Notes: a model not told the origin generated them from the sequence alone. Shown: positions 25,801-39,789, counted from the first letter of the stretch. The stretch: 64,000 bases of DNA from Eledone cirrhosa (GCA_964016885.1 OZ024757.1:22506001-22570000); one strand, 5' to 3'. Numbers and translations are program-made.

Positions 25801-26243
25801 AGTCAATTGACAAGATCCCAGACCTTGTCAAATCAGACTGAGGAAACAATGGACTTTCCAATTGCTAATGCTATCTGCTGGTCACAAATCCAGGCAGAAG
25901 GAGCAACGTGAAATAAAGTGGCTTGCTCAAGGACATAATGTATCGCCCGGTCTGGGAATCGAACACACAACTTCATGATTATGAATTCAATTCACTAACC
26001 ACTCAGCCATACACCTTCATTGTTATACCTTCTTTGCTAAACCATCAAATATACAATAGATAGCCAGCTATTGCTACACTATCAAAGAGCTGCGATAACT
26101 ATTTGTACACCGGGGTATGGAATAAAATGTGGTGGGGTAAATATATACATATACATCAGGTCCAAACACAATGGAACCTAACTCCCATTATCACTGCCTC
26201 TGTCTCTCCCGCTCTTCCCATCTCTCACCATTAAGAGCTAATG

Positions 26244-26630
26244 AAGGCGGTGGATTGGCAATATTGGTAGAGTCGGACGCCATGCTTTGCAGTACAGAGT
26301 TACGGCCCTTTATGATCTGAGTTCAAACCCCGCCGAGGTTAACTTTGCCTTTCATCCTTACGGGGTCGATAAAATAAAACACCAGTAACGTACAGGGGTC
26401 GATTTAATCGACTTTCCCTTCCCTCAAAATTACTGGCCTTGTGGATTGGCAGTATCGGTAGAGGGTCGGGCGCCATGCTTTGCAGCAAAGAGTGACGTCC
26501 CTTTATGGTCTGAGTTCAAATCCAGCCGAGATTAACTTTGCCTTTCATCCTTACAGGGGTCGATAAAATAAAGTACCAGTAATACACTGGGATAATTGCT
26601 GGCCTTGTGCCAAAAGTAGAAACAATTATT
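26244..26630 (+). mobile_element. Two head-to-tail SINE family B copies
   Basis: Long-tail variant followed by a short-tail copy. Confidence 0.88.
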
Positions 26631-26679
26631 AAGAGCAAATGGGGGGTCCATGCACTGCCCCCCCCCCTCCTCCCGCGGC

Positions 26680-26870
26680 CCCGGAAAACAGAACAGAGAA
26701 GGCATTTACCCCAAAGAATGGGGAGGGAGACACGCTAGAAGAGCCATTCCAGCTCGCTAGGCTCACACCTGTGGGTAGCCATCTCTGTGCCGATTGTGGA
26801 GTGGAAGGAGATAGACTAAAGACACCAGAAGTCTCCACGGCTACGGGCTTGACTGTAAACCTAACAGAGA
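26680..26870 (-). mobile_element. Frameshifted C-terminus of a CRE-clade-like non-LTR retrotransposon
   Basis: Across frames: VKPVAVETSGVF...IGTEMATHRCEPSELEWLF*RVSLPILWG..NAFSVL, fitting the P.A.ET.G...RE..L.QR.S.A..RGNA motif. Confidence 0.6.
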
Positions 26871-27559
26871 GTAATCAATATCGTTCCAGCACATTTAGAA
26901 CATTTGTCAGTGATGATTTAAATTAATTTGTTTCATTATACTTGTACTTTGGTTTTTAATTAAATTGATTTTCAATTGACTCTAAATATGCTAATATGAT
27001 CATGTTTTAAATTTTTTTCTTAGTCTCGTATTAGTAAGAAAAAAAAGTGTGAGCAAATAATAATAATACACATGTACAGTATATATAATTAAGCTCCCTT
27101 CCACCCCCATCCCGAAACTAACAGAAGTTCTGTCTCTAATGAAGGACTAACCATCCTAAGCCCCATCCATTTAATAACTGTAACATAAGTTACATGAAAA
27201 CGCAGGCTCTATCAGGAATTTTAATTAGCAAAATCAGTATAGGAGCAGAGAGCAGTGGCAAAAAGGTAGAAACATGTGTGTGTGTGTGTGCATATGCTTG
27301 TGAGTGTTTATCTGTGTTTGAATGTTTGTGTGTGTATGTGTATACATTTGTGCAGGTGTGTGTATTTATGAGCTTGTGCATGTTATGTGTTTCTGTTTGT
27401 GTGCGTGTGTCTGAGAGCATTTTTGTATATGAATGTGTGTGTCTGTGTGTATGTGTGTGTGTGTGTGATTGTGCATGAATGTGTTTGTGTGCATGAGTGT
27501 GTCTTTCATGTATACTTGTGTAAGATGTCAATGAAGACAAGTCTGTGTGTGTATGTGTG

Positions 27560-27594
<35 letters not shown>

Positions 27595-27689
27595 ATGCAC
27601 TTCTGTCTCTATGTGTGTGTGTGTGTACATGTATAATTTGTGATCCAGGTTCATTGATTACTATGTCATAGATAGCAGGAGTACTGTAA

Positions 27690-29727
27690 GAAATCAAACA
27701 CTTTAAACCACGTGGCTGTAAAACAAACACTTTAACCAGATAGCTATACATTTATTGATGATAGTGTCACTCTGAGGGAAATCAAACACTTTAAACCACG
27801 GGGCTGTAAAACAAACACTTTAACCAGAGAACTATATATTTATTGATGATAGTGTCACTCTGAGGGAAATCAAACACTTTAAACCACGGGGCTGTAAAAC
27901 AAACACTTTAACCAGAGAACTATACATTTATTGATGATAGTGTCACTCTGAGGGAAATCAAACACTTTAAACCACGGGGCTGTAAAACAAACACTTTAAC
28001 CAGAGAACTATATATTTATTGATGATAGTGTCACTCTGAGGGAAATCAAACACTTTAAACCACGGGGCTGTAAAACAAACACTTTAACCAGAGAACTATA
28101 TATTTATTGATGATAGTGTCACTCTGAGGGAAATCAAACACTTTAAACCACGGGGCTGTAAAACAAACACTTTAACCAGAGAACTATACATTTATTGATG
28201 ATAGTGTCACTCTGAGGGAAATCAAACACTTTAAACCACGGGGCTGTAAAACAAACACTTTAACCAGAGAACTATATATTTATTGATGATAGTGTCACTC
28301 TGAGGGAAATCAAACACTTTAAACCACGTGGCTGTAAAACAAACACTTTAACCAGAGAACTATACATTTATTGATGATAGTGTCACTCTGAGGGAAAACA
28401 AACACTTTAAACCACGGGGCTGTAAAACAAACACTTTAACCAGAAAACTATACATTTATTGATGATAGTGTCACTCTGAGGGAAATCAAACACTTTAAAC
28501 CACGTGGCTGTAAAACAAACACTTTAACCAGAGAGCTATATATTTATTGATGATAGTGTCACTCTGAGGGAAATCAAACACTTTAAACCACATGGCTGTA
28601 AAACAAATACTTTAACCAGAGAGCTATACATTTATTGATGATAGTGTCACTCTGAGGGAAATCAAACACTTTAAACCACGTGGCTGTAAAACAAACACTT
28701 TAACCAGAGAGCTATATATTTATTGATGATAGTGTCACTCTGAGGGAAATCAAACACTTTAAACCACGGGGCTGTAAAACAAACACTTTAACCAGAGAAC
28801 TATACATTTATTGATGATAGTGTCACTCTGAGGGAAATCAAACACTTTAAACCACGGGGCTGTAAAACAAACACTTTAACCAGAGAACTATACATTTATT
28901 GATGATAGTGTCACTCTGAGGGAACTCAAACACTTTAAACCACGAGGCTGTAAAACAAACACTTTAACCAGATAGCTATAACACTTTAAACCACGGGGCT
29001 GTAAATCAAACACTTTAACCAGAGAGCTATATATTTATTGATGATAGTGTCACTCTGAGGGAAATCAAACACTTTAAACCACGAGGCTCTAAAACAAACA
29101 CTTTAACCAGATAGCTATAACACTTTAAACCACGGGGCTGTAAAGCAAACACTTTAACCAGAGAACTATACATTTATTGATGATAGTGTCACTCTGAGGG
29201 AAATCAAACACTTTAAACCACGAGGCTGTAAAACAAACACTTTAACCAGATAGCTATAACACTTTAAACCACGTGGCTGTAAAACAAACACTTTAACCAG
29301 AGAACTATACATTTATTGATGATAGTGTCACTGAGGGAAATCAAACACTTTAAACCACGGGGCTGTAAATCAAACACTTTAACCAGAGAACTATACATTT
29401 ATTGATGATAGTGTCACTCTGAGGGAAATCAAACACTTTAAACCACGGGCTGTAAATCAAACACTTTAACCAGAGAACTATATATTTATTGATGATAGTG
29501 TCACTCTGAGGGAAATCAAACACTTTAAACCACAGGGCTGTAAAACAAATACTTTAACCAGAAAACTATACATTTATTGATGATAGTGTCACTCTGAGGG
29601 AAATCAAACACTTTAAACCACGTGGCCGTAAATCAAACACTTTAACCAGAGAACTATACATTTATTGATGATAGTGTCACTCTGAGGGAAATCAAACACT
29701 TTAAACCACGGGGCTGTAAAACAAACA
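27690..29727. repeat. 88-bp minisatellite, about 23 copies
   Basis: tctgagggaaatcaaacactttaaaccacg... at 27771, 27859 and onward; three units carry an internal duplication (about 28980-29280). Confidence 0.97.
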
Positions 29728-29764
29728 ATTAACCTCAGGGCTATAATTGTCTAAAGTCTGTCTC

Positions 29765-30028
29765 AAATCCGGAGGCACATCCGATTAGTGCTTATCCCAG
29801 TTTTCATGGCATGAAGTGACTGAGAATGCAAGACTTCCCCCTGGACAGGATGCATGTCTATCACAGGGTTAAACTCCCACTGATTGCTGGTACTCTTTTT
29901 CAGCTGGATATACTGGAGCAATGGAAAATGAAGTGTTTTGCTCAAGAACACAACACACAGTCAAGTCTAGGAATTAAACCCACAACATTATGGCTGTAAG
30001 TCCAGCGCCCTTACCACTAGGCTATACC
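29765..30028 (-). mobile_element. SINE family E (diverged)
   Basis: Reverse homologue of 12338-12570. Confidence 0.75.
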
Positions 30029-30184
30029 TGTATACATTTACTGAAGATGATGATGATGATGATGATGATGCCACTGGTGTTACTGTGTGGGAGATCAAAC
30101 ATTCTGAACCATGCCTCTTAAAAAACAAGCACCTTAACCACAGAGCTATACCTGTATACATTAACTGAAGACAGTGTCACTGGG

Positions 30185-30446
30185 CAGTGCCGGATTTAGA
30201 TTTAATGCGGCCCTAAGCTATTTGAGATAATGGGGCCCTTTATATGTTATAAAAAATGTTATAAAAACTGCAAAACATTCAATATTAAAGCAGAAAACTG
30301 TTTAAAACTATTGCATTATTTTAGTTCTTTTTTATCTTATATTTTGGAAATGTACACACCACTTTTTTTTTCAATTTTTTCGGGGCCCCAAGAAAGTGGG
30401 GGCCCTAAGCTATAGCTTGTTTAGCTTATACGTAAATCCGGCCCTG
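30185..30446. mobile_element. hAT-type MITE
   Basis: TIR CAGTGCCGGATTTA / TAAATCCGGCCCTG (13/14); 8-bp flanks TCACTGGG and TCGCTGGC (6/8); subterminal ggccctaagcta repeats. Confidence 0.8.
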
Positions 30447-30975
30447 TCGCTGGCAGATTGAACACACACTACACCACATGTAAAACAAACGCCTTAACCA
30501 CTGAGCTATACCTGTATTCACTGGTGAGGATTTAGAAATGCCAATAAGGAGAATTAATAAGCAGTGACTGAAGGGAAAAGGAAAGGAAGTGTACATAAAG
30601 AAGACAGTTCTATTTGGTGCGCAGTCAACTGGATCAGTAAGCAAAACGAAAAGATTAAAATCTAAAGAAATCAAATAAACACGACCATGTCTAAATCTAC
30701 CAGTACATCTCCATCGATTTCCTATCAACAGATTACACTGCTGTTCCAACTACTTGACTGTCCGATATATACAAGTAAAATCATAACACTAAAGCTACTA
30801 TCGTACTTAGTATTTCTTTTTATGTCTAGTATCATTACTATCATTACCATCATCATCATCATCATCATCAACACCAACATCATTATTATCATCATCATCA
30901 TCACCGTCGTCGACATCACTATCACAACCACCACCATTATCAGGATCATTACGACCCCACTTTCATCATCGTTGG

Positions 30976-31008
<33 letters not shown>

Positions 31009-31089
31009 TCTCGTCATCACTATCACAAATACAATCTCCACCACCATCATCAAGATCATTACAACTCCACTATCATCATTGCTATTATT

Positions 31090-31330
31090 ACGGGGGTCGA
31101 TAAAATAAAGTACCAGTAATGCACTGAGGTAATTGCTGGCCTTGTGCCAAAAGTAGAAACAATTATTATTATTATTATTATTCTGAATCCCGCCGAGGTT
31201 GACTTTGCTTTTCATCCTTACGGGGGTCGATAAAATAAAGTACCAGTAATGCACTGGGTAATTGCTGGCCTTGTGCCTAAAGTAGAAACAATTATTATTA
31301 TTCTGAATTCAAATCCCGCCAAGGATTTAT
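31090..31330. mobile_element. Cluster of 5'-truncated SINE-B fragments
   Basis: Repeated ggggtcgataaaataaagtacc...gtagaaacaattattatt. Confidence 0.8.
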
Positions 31331-31383
31331 CAACCCCTTAAGGATGAAAAGCAAACACTAGTAATATGCAGGGGTCGATTTAA

Positions 31384-32322
31384 TCCCTTAGCATTTACAT
31401 TACTCTATATATACTATTATATTTTCACAGAAAAGGCTTTACCTCACATAATATCTCACATAACATTCACATTACTCTATATATACTATTATATTTTCAT
31501 GGTAAAGGCTTTACCTCACATAATATCTCTCATAACATTCACATTACTCTATATATACTATTATATTTTCATGGTAAAGGCTTTACCTCACATAATATCT
31601 CACATAACATTTACATTACTCTATATATACTATTATATTTTCATGGTAAAGGCTTTTCCTCACATAATATCTCACATAACATTCACATTACTCTATATAT
31701 ACTATTATATTTTCATGGTAAAGGCTTTACCTCACATAATATCTCACATAACATTCACATTACTCTATATATACTATTATATTTTCATGGTAAAGGCTTT
31801 ACCTCACATAATATCTCACATAACATTCACATTACTCTATATATACTATTATATTTTCATGGTAAAGGCTTTACCTCACATAATATCTCACATAACATTC
31901 ACATTACTCTATATATACTATTGTAGTTTCACAGTAAAGGCTTTACCTCACATAATATCTCACATAACATTCACATTACTCTATATATACTATTATATTT
32001 TCATAGTAAAGGCTTTACCTCACATAATATCTCACATAACATTCACATTACTCTATATATACTATTATATTTTCATAGTAAAGGCTTTACCTCACATAAT
32101 ATCTCACATAACATTCACATTACTCTATATATACTATTATATTTCCATAGTAAAGGCTTTACCTCACATAATATCTCACATAATATCGAATCTATCAGAT
32201 TTTGAAAGTATTTATTTTGAGAACAATACCTTAACATCAGTTTGAGCGACCAGTTACAGCCAGTTTCAAATGAAAGAGGCAGAGAATTCTGGCCGGTTTT
32301 GGCCGGTTTGAACATTAAAGGG
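31384..32322 (-). mobile_element. piggyBac-type non-autonomous element with about 11 x 72-bp units, inserted in a SINE-B tail
   Basis: TTAA at 31380-31383 and 32323-32326; flanks rejoin as ggggtcgatTTAAtc.actttcc (compare 26395-26420). Confidence 0.88.
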
Positions 32323-32499
32323 TTAATCAACTTTCCCACGCCTTCAAATTGCTGGCCTTGTGCCTATATAAGAAACCATTATTATTGAAATGTTTGTAGA
32401 AGTTAATAACATTCTAAGAGTCCCAAAAGATAGACTTTCATGTACAAAGACTTTGGCTGTCAGTTCTTGGACTAATCTTTCATAATTTCTTAATATGAA

Positions 32500-32925
32500 T
32501 TGCAACAACAACAACATCAACAACAGCAAAACCAACAGCAACAGTAAAAACAAATACAACAGTAAAAACAACAAGAACATCAACATCAACAAAAACAATG
32601 TAAACAACAACAATAACAAAAACATGAACAGCAAAATCACTATTAACACCAACAACAACACCACCACCACCACCAACAACACCACCACCACCAACACCAG
32701 AACCACCAACAACACCGCCACCACAACAACTACACCAGCAGCAGTAACAACAACAACAGCAACAGCAACAGCAGCAGCACCAGCAACAACAACAACACCA
32801 CCACCAACAACAACAACACCAACATCACCACCAACAACAACATCACCACCACCACAACAACTACACCAGCAACAACAACACCACAACAACTACACCACCA
32901 ACACCACCACTACCATCACCAATAA
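32500..32925. repeat. (AAC/ACC/AGC)n microsatellite
   Basis: Direct reading. Confidence 0.95.
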
Positions 32926-32929
32926 TACT

Positions 32930-34135
32930 AGGCTTTGGTGTACTAGAATATACATCTCTAACCAATGACTTAGTGACAGCTTGGTACATTCAGCTACTTC
33001 CCAGCTTTAGTGTACTAGAATATACCTCTCTAACCAATGACTTAGTGACAACTTGGTACATTCAGCTAGATCCAAGGCTTTGGTGTACTAGAATATACCT
33101 CTCTAACCAATGACTTAGTGACAACTTGGTACATTCAGCTAGATCCAAGGCTTTGGTGTACTAGAATATACCTCTTTAACCAATGACTTAGTGACAACTT
33201 GGTACATTCAGCTAGATCCAAGGCTTTGGTGTACTAGAATATACCTCTCTAACCAATGTCTTAGTGACAACTTTGTACATTCAGCTAGATCCAAGGCTTT
33301 GGTGTACTAGAATATACCTCTCTAACCAATGTCTTAGTGACAACTTTGTACATTCAGCTAGATCCAAGGCTTTGGTGTACTAGAATATACCTCTCTAACT
33401 AATGACTTAGTGACAGCTTGGTACATTCAGCTAGATCCAAGGCTTTGGTGTACTAGAATATACATCTCTAACCAATGACTTAGTGACAGCCTGGTACATT
33501 CAGCTAGTAGATCCAAGGCTTTGGTGTACTAGAATATACCTCTCTAACCAATGACTTAGTGACAGCTTGGTACATTCAGCTAGATCCAAGGCTTTGGTGT
33601 ACTAGAATATACCTCTCTAACTAATGTCTTAGTGACAACTTTGTACATTCAGCTAGATCCAAGGCTTTAGTGTACTAGAATATACCTCTCTAACCAATGA
33701 CTTAGTGACAGCTTGGTACATTCAGCTAGATCCAAGGCTTTGGTGTACTAGAATATACATCTCTAACCAATGACTTAGTGACAGCTTGGTACATTCAGCT
33801 AGATCCAAGGCTTTAGTGTACTAGAATATACATCTCTAACCAATGACTTAGTGACAGCTTGGTACATTCAGCTACTTCCCAGCTTTGGTGTACTAGAATA
33901 TACCTCTCTAACCAATGACTTAGTGACAGCTTGGTACATTCAGCTAGATCCAAGGCTCTGGTGTACTAGAATATACCTCTCTAACCAATGACTTAGTGAC
34001 AGCTTGGTACATTCAGCTAGATCCAAGGCTTTGGTGTACTAGAATATACCTCTCTAACCAATGACTTAGTGACAGCTTGGTACATTCAGCTACTTCCCAG
34101 CTTTAGTGTACTAGAATATACATCTCTAACCAATG
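32930..34135. repeat. 73-bp minisatellite, about 16 copies
   Basis: Unit ggctttggtgtactagaatatacctctctaaccaatgacttagtgacagcttggtacattcagctagatccaa; a 72-bp variant contains acttccc. Confidence 0.97.
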
Positions 34136-34229
34136 TAAGTATGGAAATGTGTTTAAGACCCTTAAACATGGAAGACCATTGGAATATGCACTCCTAGATA
34201 CACTATATTTGCTTCTTCGCCCACTTATT

Positions 34230-34600
34230 ATTAAGGTCATGCAACCATCTCCAGTTGATCCAGCTGGATCCCCAACAAAGACCAGCCAAGCTCATGAATG
34301 TTATCCAACCATCTTGCTCGGGGTTTACTCCTGGGCCTCTTGTTGGTTGGTTTTGCCATAAAAAACTGTCCAGCAATTCTTTCTTGAGACCAAGACCGTA
34401 ATATTGAAGCTGTGATCTCTCAGTTCAGAGAAGTACCGACTTTACCTGGAGTGACTCTATAGTCTCTGAGCTATGCACTCTAGTAACATTACTCCAAAGA
34501 CCTTTTGAAGGAACTCCATTTTGGCTTCTTGTATTTGCAATCGTACTCTTTTGGTCATTACCCAAGATTCGTGATATAGGTAAGGGTTTGCAAAAATACT
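34230..34600 (-). mobile_element. Decayed RTE (Rex3/Expander-like) ORF C-terminus
   Basis: HESWVMTKRVRLQIQEAKMEFLQKV...ERSQLQYYG...KRPRSKPRARWLDNIHELGWSLLGI across frameshifts. Confidence 0.8.
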
Positions 34601-35149
34601 GAATTGAAGATCGCAAGTTTGGTTTTTACACCTACCTCCTTTCTGATTAATGCACTGTTCCATCTAACTTTACCTGCTGGAAATAGCAGCCGGCTCACTC
34701 ACAAATGACACCCCAGTCTTAAAAATGGATGAACATGTTGATATATGCACTCCTAGATACACTATATCGAAAAGTATAGCTAAATACACACGAGAACAAC
34801 AACCAAAAGCCAGTGGGGAATTTACATTGAATAAAACAGAGAGGTAATTATGATATGACGATGATGATGGTCATGGTGGTGGTGGTGGGGGGGAGGGGGG
34901 GGGCACATTTACAACCTTTTAATATAGAGGAAGATACATCAAACATCTAGCAGGATTTACATCAAAAGCAAGTTGTGAATATCTAAATTTGAATCAAAAA
35001 CATAGATAAACCGAAAAGAGGAATGGCTTGGCTTGAACTAACTAAAAAAAATGTTTCATATTTTACTAATAAAATAAACGATTTAGAAGATAGATGAAAA
35101 AAAACTGAAAATATAACATTTATGTTCATCATTCAGTTCTTTTATTAGT

Positions 35150-38100
35150 TTCAGCCATTATACTGTGGCCATGCTGAGGCATCACCAACCAGAGTTGTTA
35201 CTTCAGTCATTAGACTGTGGCCATGCTATGACATCACCATCCAGAGTTGTTACTTCATCCATTAGACTGTGGCCATGCTGTGGCATCACCATCCAGAGTT
35301 GTTACTTCAGTCATTAGACTGTGGCCATGCTGTGGCATCACCACCCAGAGTTGTTGCTTCAGTCATTAGACTGTGACCATGCTGTGGGATCACCAACCAG
35401 AGTTGTTACTTCAGTCATTAGACTGTGGCCATGCTGTGACATCACCAACCAGAGTTGTTACTTCATCCATTAGACTGTGGCCATGCTGTGACATCACCAT
35501 CCAGAGTTGTTACTTCAGTCATTAGACTGTGGCCATGCTGTGGGATCACCAACCAGAGTTGTTACTTCAGTCATTAGACTGTGGCCATGCTGTGGGATCA
35601 CCAACCAGAGTTGTTACTTCAGTCATTAGACTGGCCATGCTGGGGCATCACCAAATAAAGTTGTTATTTCAGTCAGACTGTGGCCATGCTGGGGCATCAC
35701 CAACCAGAGTTGTCACTACAGTCATTAGACTGTGGCCATGCTGTGGCATCACCATCCAAAGTTGTTACTTCAGTCATTAGACTGGCCATGCTGGGGCATC
35801 ACCAAATAAAGTTGTTATTTCAGTCAGACTGTGGCCATGCTGGGGCATCACCAACCAGAGTTGTCACTACAGTCATTAGACTGTGGCCATGCTGTGGCAT
35901 CACCATCCAAAGTTGTTACTTCAGTCATTAGACTGTGGCCATGCTGTGGCATCACCATCCAAAGTTGTTACTTCAGTCATTAGACTGTGGCCACGCTGTG
36001 GCATCACCATCCAGAGTTGTTACTTCAGTCATTAGACTGTGGCCATGCTGTGGCATCACCATCCAGAGTTGTTACTTCAGTCATTAGACTGTGGCCATGC
36101 TGTGACATCACCAACCAGAGTTGTTACTTCAGTCATTAGACAGTGGCCATGCTGTGGCATCACCATCCAGAGTTGTTACTTCAGTCATTAGACTGTGGCC
36201 ATGCTGTGGCATCACCATCCAGAGTTGTTACTTCAGTCATTAGACTGTGGCCATGCTGTGACATCACCATCCAGAGTTGTTACTTGTCATTAGACTGTGG
36301 CCACGCTGTGGCATCACCATCCAAAGTTGTCACTACAGTCATTAGACTGTGGCCATGCTGTGACATCACCATCCAGAGTTGTTACTTCAGTCATTAGACT
36401 GTGGCCATGCTGTGGCATCACCATCCAGAGTTGTTACTTCAGTCATTAGACTGTGGCCACGCTGTGGCATCACCATCCAGAGTTGTTACTTCAGTCATTA
36501 GACTGTGGCCACGCTGTGGCATCACCATCCAGAGTTGTTACTTCAGTCATTAGACTGTGGCCATGCTGTGGCATCACCATCCAAAGTTGTTACTTCAGTC
36601 ATTAGACTGTGGCCATGCTGTGGCATCACCATCCAAAGTTGTTACTTCAGTCATTAGACTGTGGCCACGCTGTGGCATCACCATCCAGAGTTGTTACTTC
36701 AGTCATTAGACTGTGGCCAAGCTGGGGCATCACCATCCAAAGTTGTTACTTCATCCATTAGACTGTGGCCATGCTGTGACATCACCAACCAGAGTTGTTA
36801 CTTCAGTCCTTAGACTGTGGCCATGCTGTGGCATCACCATCCAGAGTTGTTACTTCAGTCATTAGACTGTGGCCATGCTGTGACATCACCAACCAGAGTT
36901 GTTACTTCATCCATTAGACTGTGGCCATGCTGTGACATCACCATCCAGAGTTGTTACTTCAGTCATTAGACTGTGGCCATGCTGTGGGATCACCAACCAG
37001 AGTTGTTACTTCAGTCATTAGACTGTGGCCATGCTGTGGGATCACCAACCAGAGTTGTTACTTCAGTCATTAGACTGGCCATGCTGGGGCATCACCAAAT
37101 AAAGTTGTTATTTCAGTCAGACTGTGGCCATGCTGGGGCATCACCAACCAGAGTTGTCACTACAGTCATTAGACTGTGGCCATGCTGTGGCATCACCATC
37201 CAAAGTTGTTACTTCAGTCATTAGACTGGCCATGCTGGGGCATCACCAAATAAAGTTGTTATTTCAGTCAGACTGTGGCCATGCTGGGGCATCACCAACC
37301 AGAGTTGTCACTACAGTCATTAGACTGTGGCCATGCTGTGGCATCACCATCCAAAGTTGTTACTTCAGTCATTAGACTGTGGCCATGCTGTGGCATCACC
37401 ATCCAAAGTTGTTACTTCAGTCATTAGACTGTGGCCACGCTGTGGCATCACCATCCAGAGTTGTTACTTCAGTCATTAGACTGTGGCCATGCTGTGACAT
37501 CACCATCCAGAGTTGTTACTTCAGTCATTAGACAGTGGCCATGCTGTGGCATCACCATCCAGAGTTGTTACTTCAGTCATTAGACTGTGGCCATGCTGTG
37601 GCATCACCATCCAGAGTTGTTACTTCAGTCATTAGACTGTGGCCATGCTGTGACATCACCATCCAGAGTTGTTACTTGTCATTAGACTGTGGCCACGCTG
37701 TGGCATCACCATCCAAAGTTGTCACTACAGTCATTAGACTGTGGCCATGCTGTGACATCACCATCCAGAGTTGTTACTTCAGTCATTAGACTGTGGCCAT
37801 GCTGTGGCATCACCATCCAGAGTTGTTACTTCAGTCATTAGACTGTGGCCACGCTGTGGCATCACCATCCAGAGTTGTTACTTCAGTCATTAGACTGTGG
37901 CCACGCTGTGGCATCACCATCCAGAGTTGTTACTTCAGTCATTAGACTGTGGCCATGCTGTGGCATCACCATCCAAAGTTGTTACTTCAGTCATTAGACT
38001 GTGGCCATGCTGTGGCATCACCATCCAAAGTTGTTACTTCAGTCATTAGACTGTGGCCACGCTGTGGCATCACCATCCAGAGTTGTTACTTCAGTCATTA

Positions 38101-38303
38101 GACTGTGGCCAAGCTGGGGCATCACCATCCAAAGTTGTTACTTCAGTCATTAGACTGTGGCCATGCTGTGACATCACCATCCAGAGTTGTTACTTCAGTC
38201 ATTAGACTGTGGCCACGCTGTGGCATCACCATCCAAAGTTGTTACTTCAGTCATTAGACTGTGGCCATGCTGTGGCATCACCATCCAGAGTTGTTACTTC
38301 AGT
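35150..38303. repeat. 52-bp minisatellite, about 60 copies, with higher-order structure
   Basis: Unit cagtcattagactgtggccatgctgtggcatcaccatccagagttgttactt; ORF pairs offset by 1444 and 1392. Confidence 0.98.
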
Positions 38304-38427
38304 CTCTCGTTCACTTCAGAAACCTATAGACTATCAACTAGCTAATTTACCTATTTCACATTATCTCTTGTTGCTTTTTAACTTATGGTGTCAAACAGAA
38401 ATATAAACAAGGACACAAACACATAAA

Positions 38428-38610
38428 ATTGTTTCTACCTTTCGTACAAGGCCAGCAATTACCCCCAGTGCATTACTGGTACTTTATTTTATTGACACCA
38501 TAAGGATGAAAGGCAAAGTTAACCTCAGCAGGACTTGAACTCAGACCGCAATGGGCCATAACTCTATGCTGCAAAGCATGGTGTCCGACCCTCTACTGAT
38601 ACTGCCAATC
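38428..38610 (-). mobile_element. SINE family B
   Basis: Full reverse copy. Confidence 0.85.
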
Positions 38611-38721
38611 AAAGAACACATGATAATACAACCATATAAAGGCAAAAATCCTTTTAAAGCTCAATGTGATGTTATAGTCCACAGTAAGACAAATAAAAGA
38701 CAGTATTTGAATGGTATTTAT

Positions 38722-38878
38722 CTGTAAATGTGGTTGGTGTTAGGAAGGGCATCCAGCTGTAGAAAACCCGCCAGACAGTCCTATACGAGCAAGACAATCA
38801 CTCTTGCCTCAAGTGGGAAAACTCCCGTCCAAACCCATGCAAGCGTGGAACACGGATGTTAAACGATGATGATGATGA
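38722..38878 (+). mobile_element. RTE 3' UTR terminal fragment (family C)
   Basis: ggtgttaggaagggcatcc...cccatgcaagcgtggaacacgga.gttaaac(gat)n. Confidence 0.85.
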
Positions 38879-39754
38879 TATTTTCACTCTTCCATTGGAC
38901 TTCAAGGTCAAGTAAGGTATATATTATTTATATTGCTTCTAAGGAGTTTATTCTAACAGGAATGGAATATTCTGGTTAGTCTAATGAAACAGTCGTAAAT
39001 TAATTAGATGATTTAATTTAAATCCTTGTTAATCTTTAATATTTATGTGTATAAAGAAAAAGAAGAAACAATTATTCATATGTATGTGTGTGTGTATATC
39101 TATATATTAATTTCAACAATGTCAGTATTCCGTGTGTCATAATTCTCGATTATCATTGGTTCATAGGTTTCAAATGACTCCGCTCACCTCAACGACGCCA
39201 AACTTAAATTAATATGCATAATGCCAATGAGGGAGTGAGAGGGGAGAGTAAGAAACAGAGAAGCAAAGTGAACGCTGTGTTGGATACACTATGTATGTGT
39301 GTAAGTGTAAAGACGTGTGTGTGTAATGTGTGTGGAAATAAGAGGGGAAGGAAAGCAATAACTATTAACATGTGGGCGTGTGTATGTATGTGCGTGTATG
39401 TTTATGTGTGCGTGCGTGCGTGCGTGCAGCATTCCACAGAAAGTAAAAACTATCAACATGTGTGAGTGTGTGTGTGTGTAAATGCACGGGTGTGTGTGTG
39501 CGTGTGTCTCCATATGTGTATGTGTGTGTACGTGCGGCGTTCTACAATCGCCATGCAGTTTATCTGTCTGTGTGCCTGTCTGTCAGTCTAACATACACGG
39601 AGTTGTGAAGGGAGTAAATAGGGACCTTTTTTTTTACATTGAAGGACATCTTTTATATTTATTATTGTGTCATTTTTTGACAATTGTTCGAAATGAATAC
39701 TGATAATAAAAGCAATTCATCTGTTTACCCGCGTGAAGCTGAGTACCTCAGCTA

Positions 39755-39789
<35 letters not shown>

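Noticed and set aside
26639-26926. 95-aa + strand ORF as a host exon
   Set aside because: The opposite strand carries a CRE-like retrotransposon motif that explains the GC-rich island.
32930-34135. Derivation of the 73-bp satellite from a SINE A box (ctctaaccaatgac)
   Set aside because: Only about 9 matching bases, which is insufficient.
34184-34767. 25-bp direct repeat atatgcactcctagatacactatat as a TSD of the RTE fragment
   Set aside because: Similarity extends upstream of both copies and other sequence is enclosed; more likely two pieces of another repeat.
38935-39000. Possible hammerhead CTAAGGA...GAAACAGTC
   Set aside because: Core and stem I are too degenerate to call.
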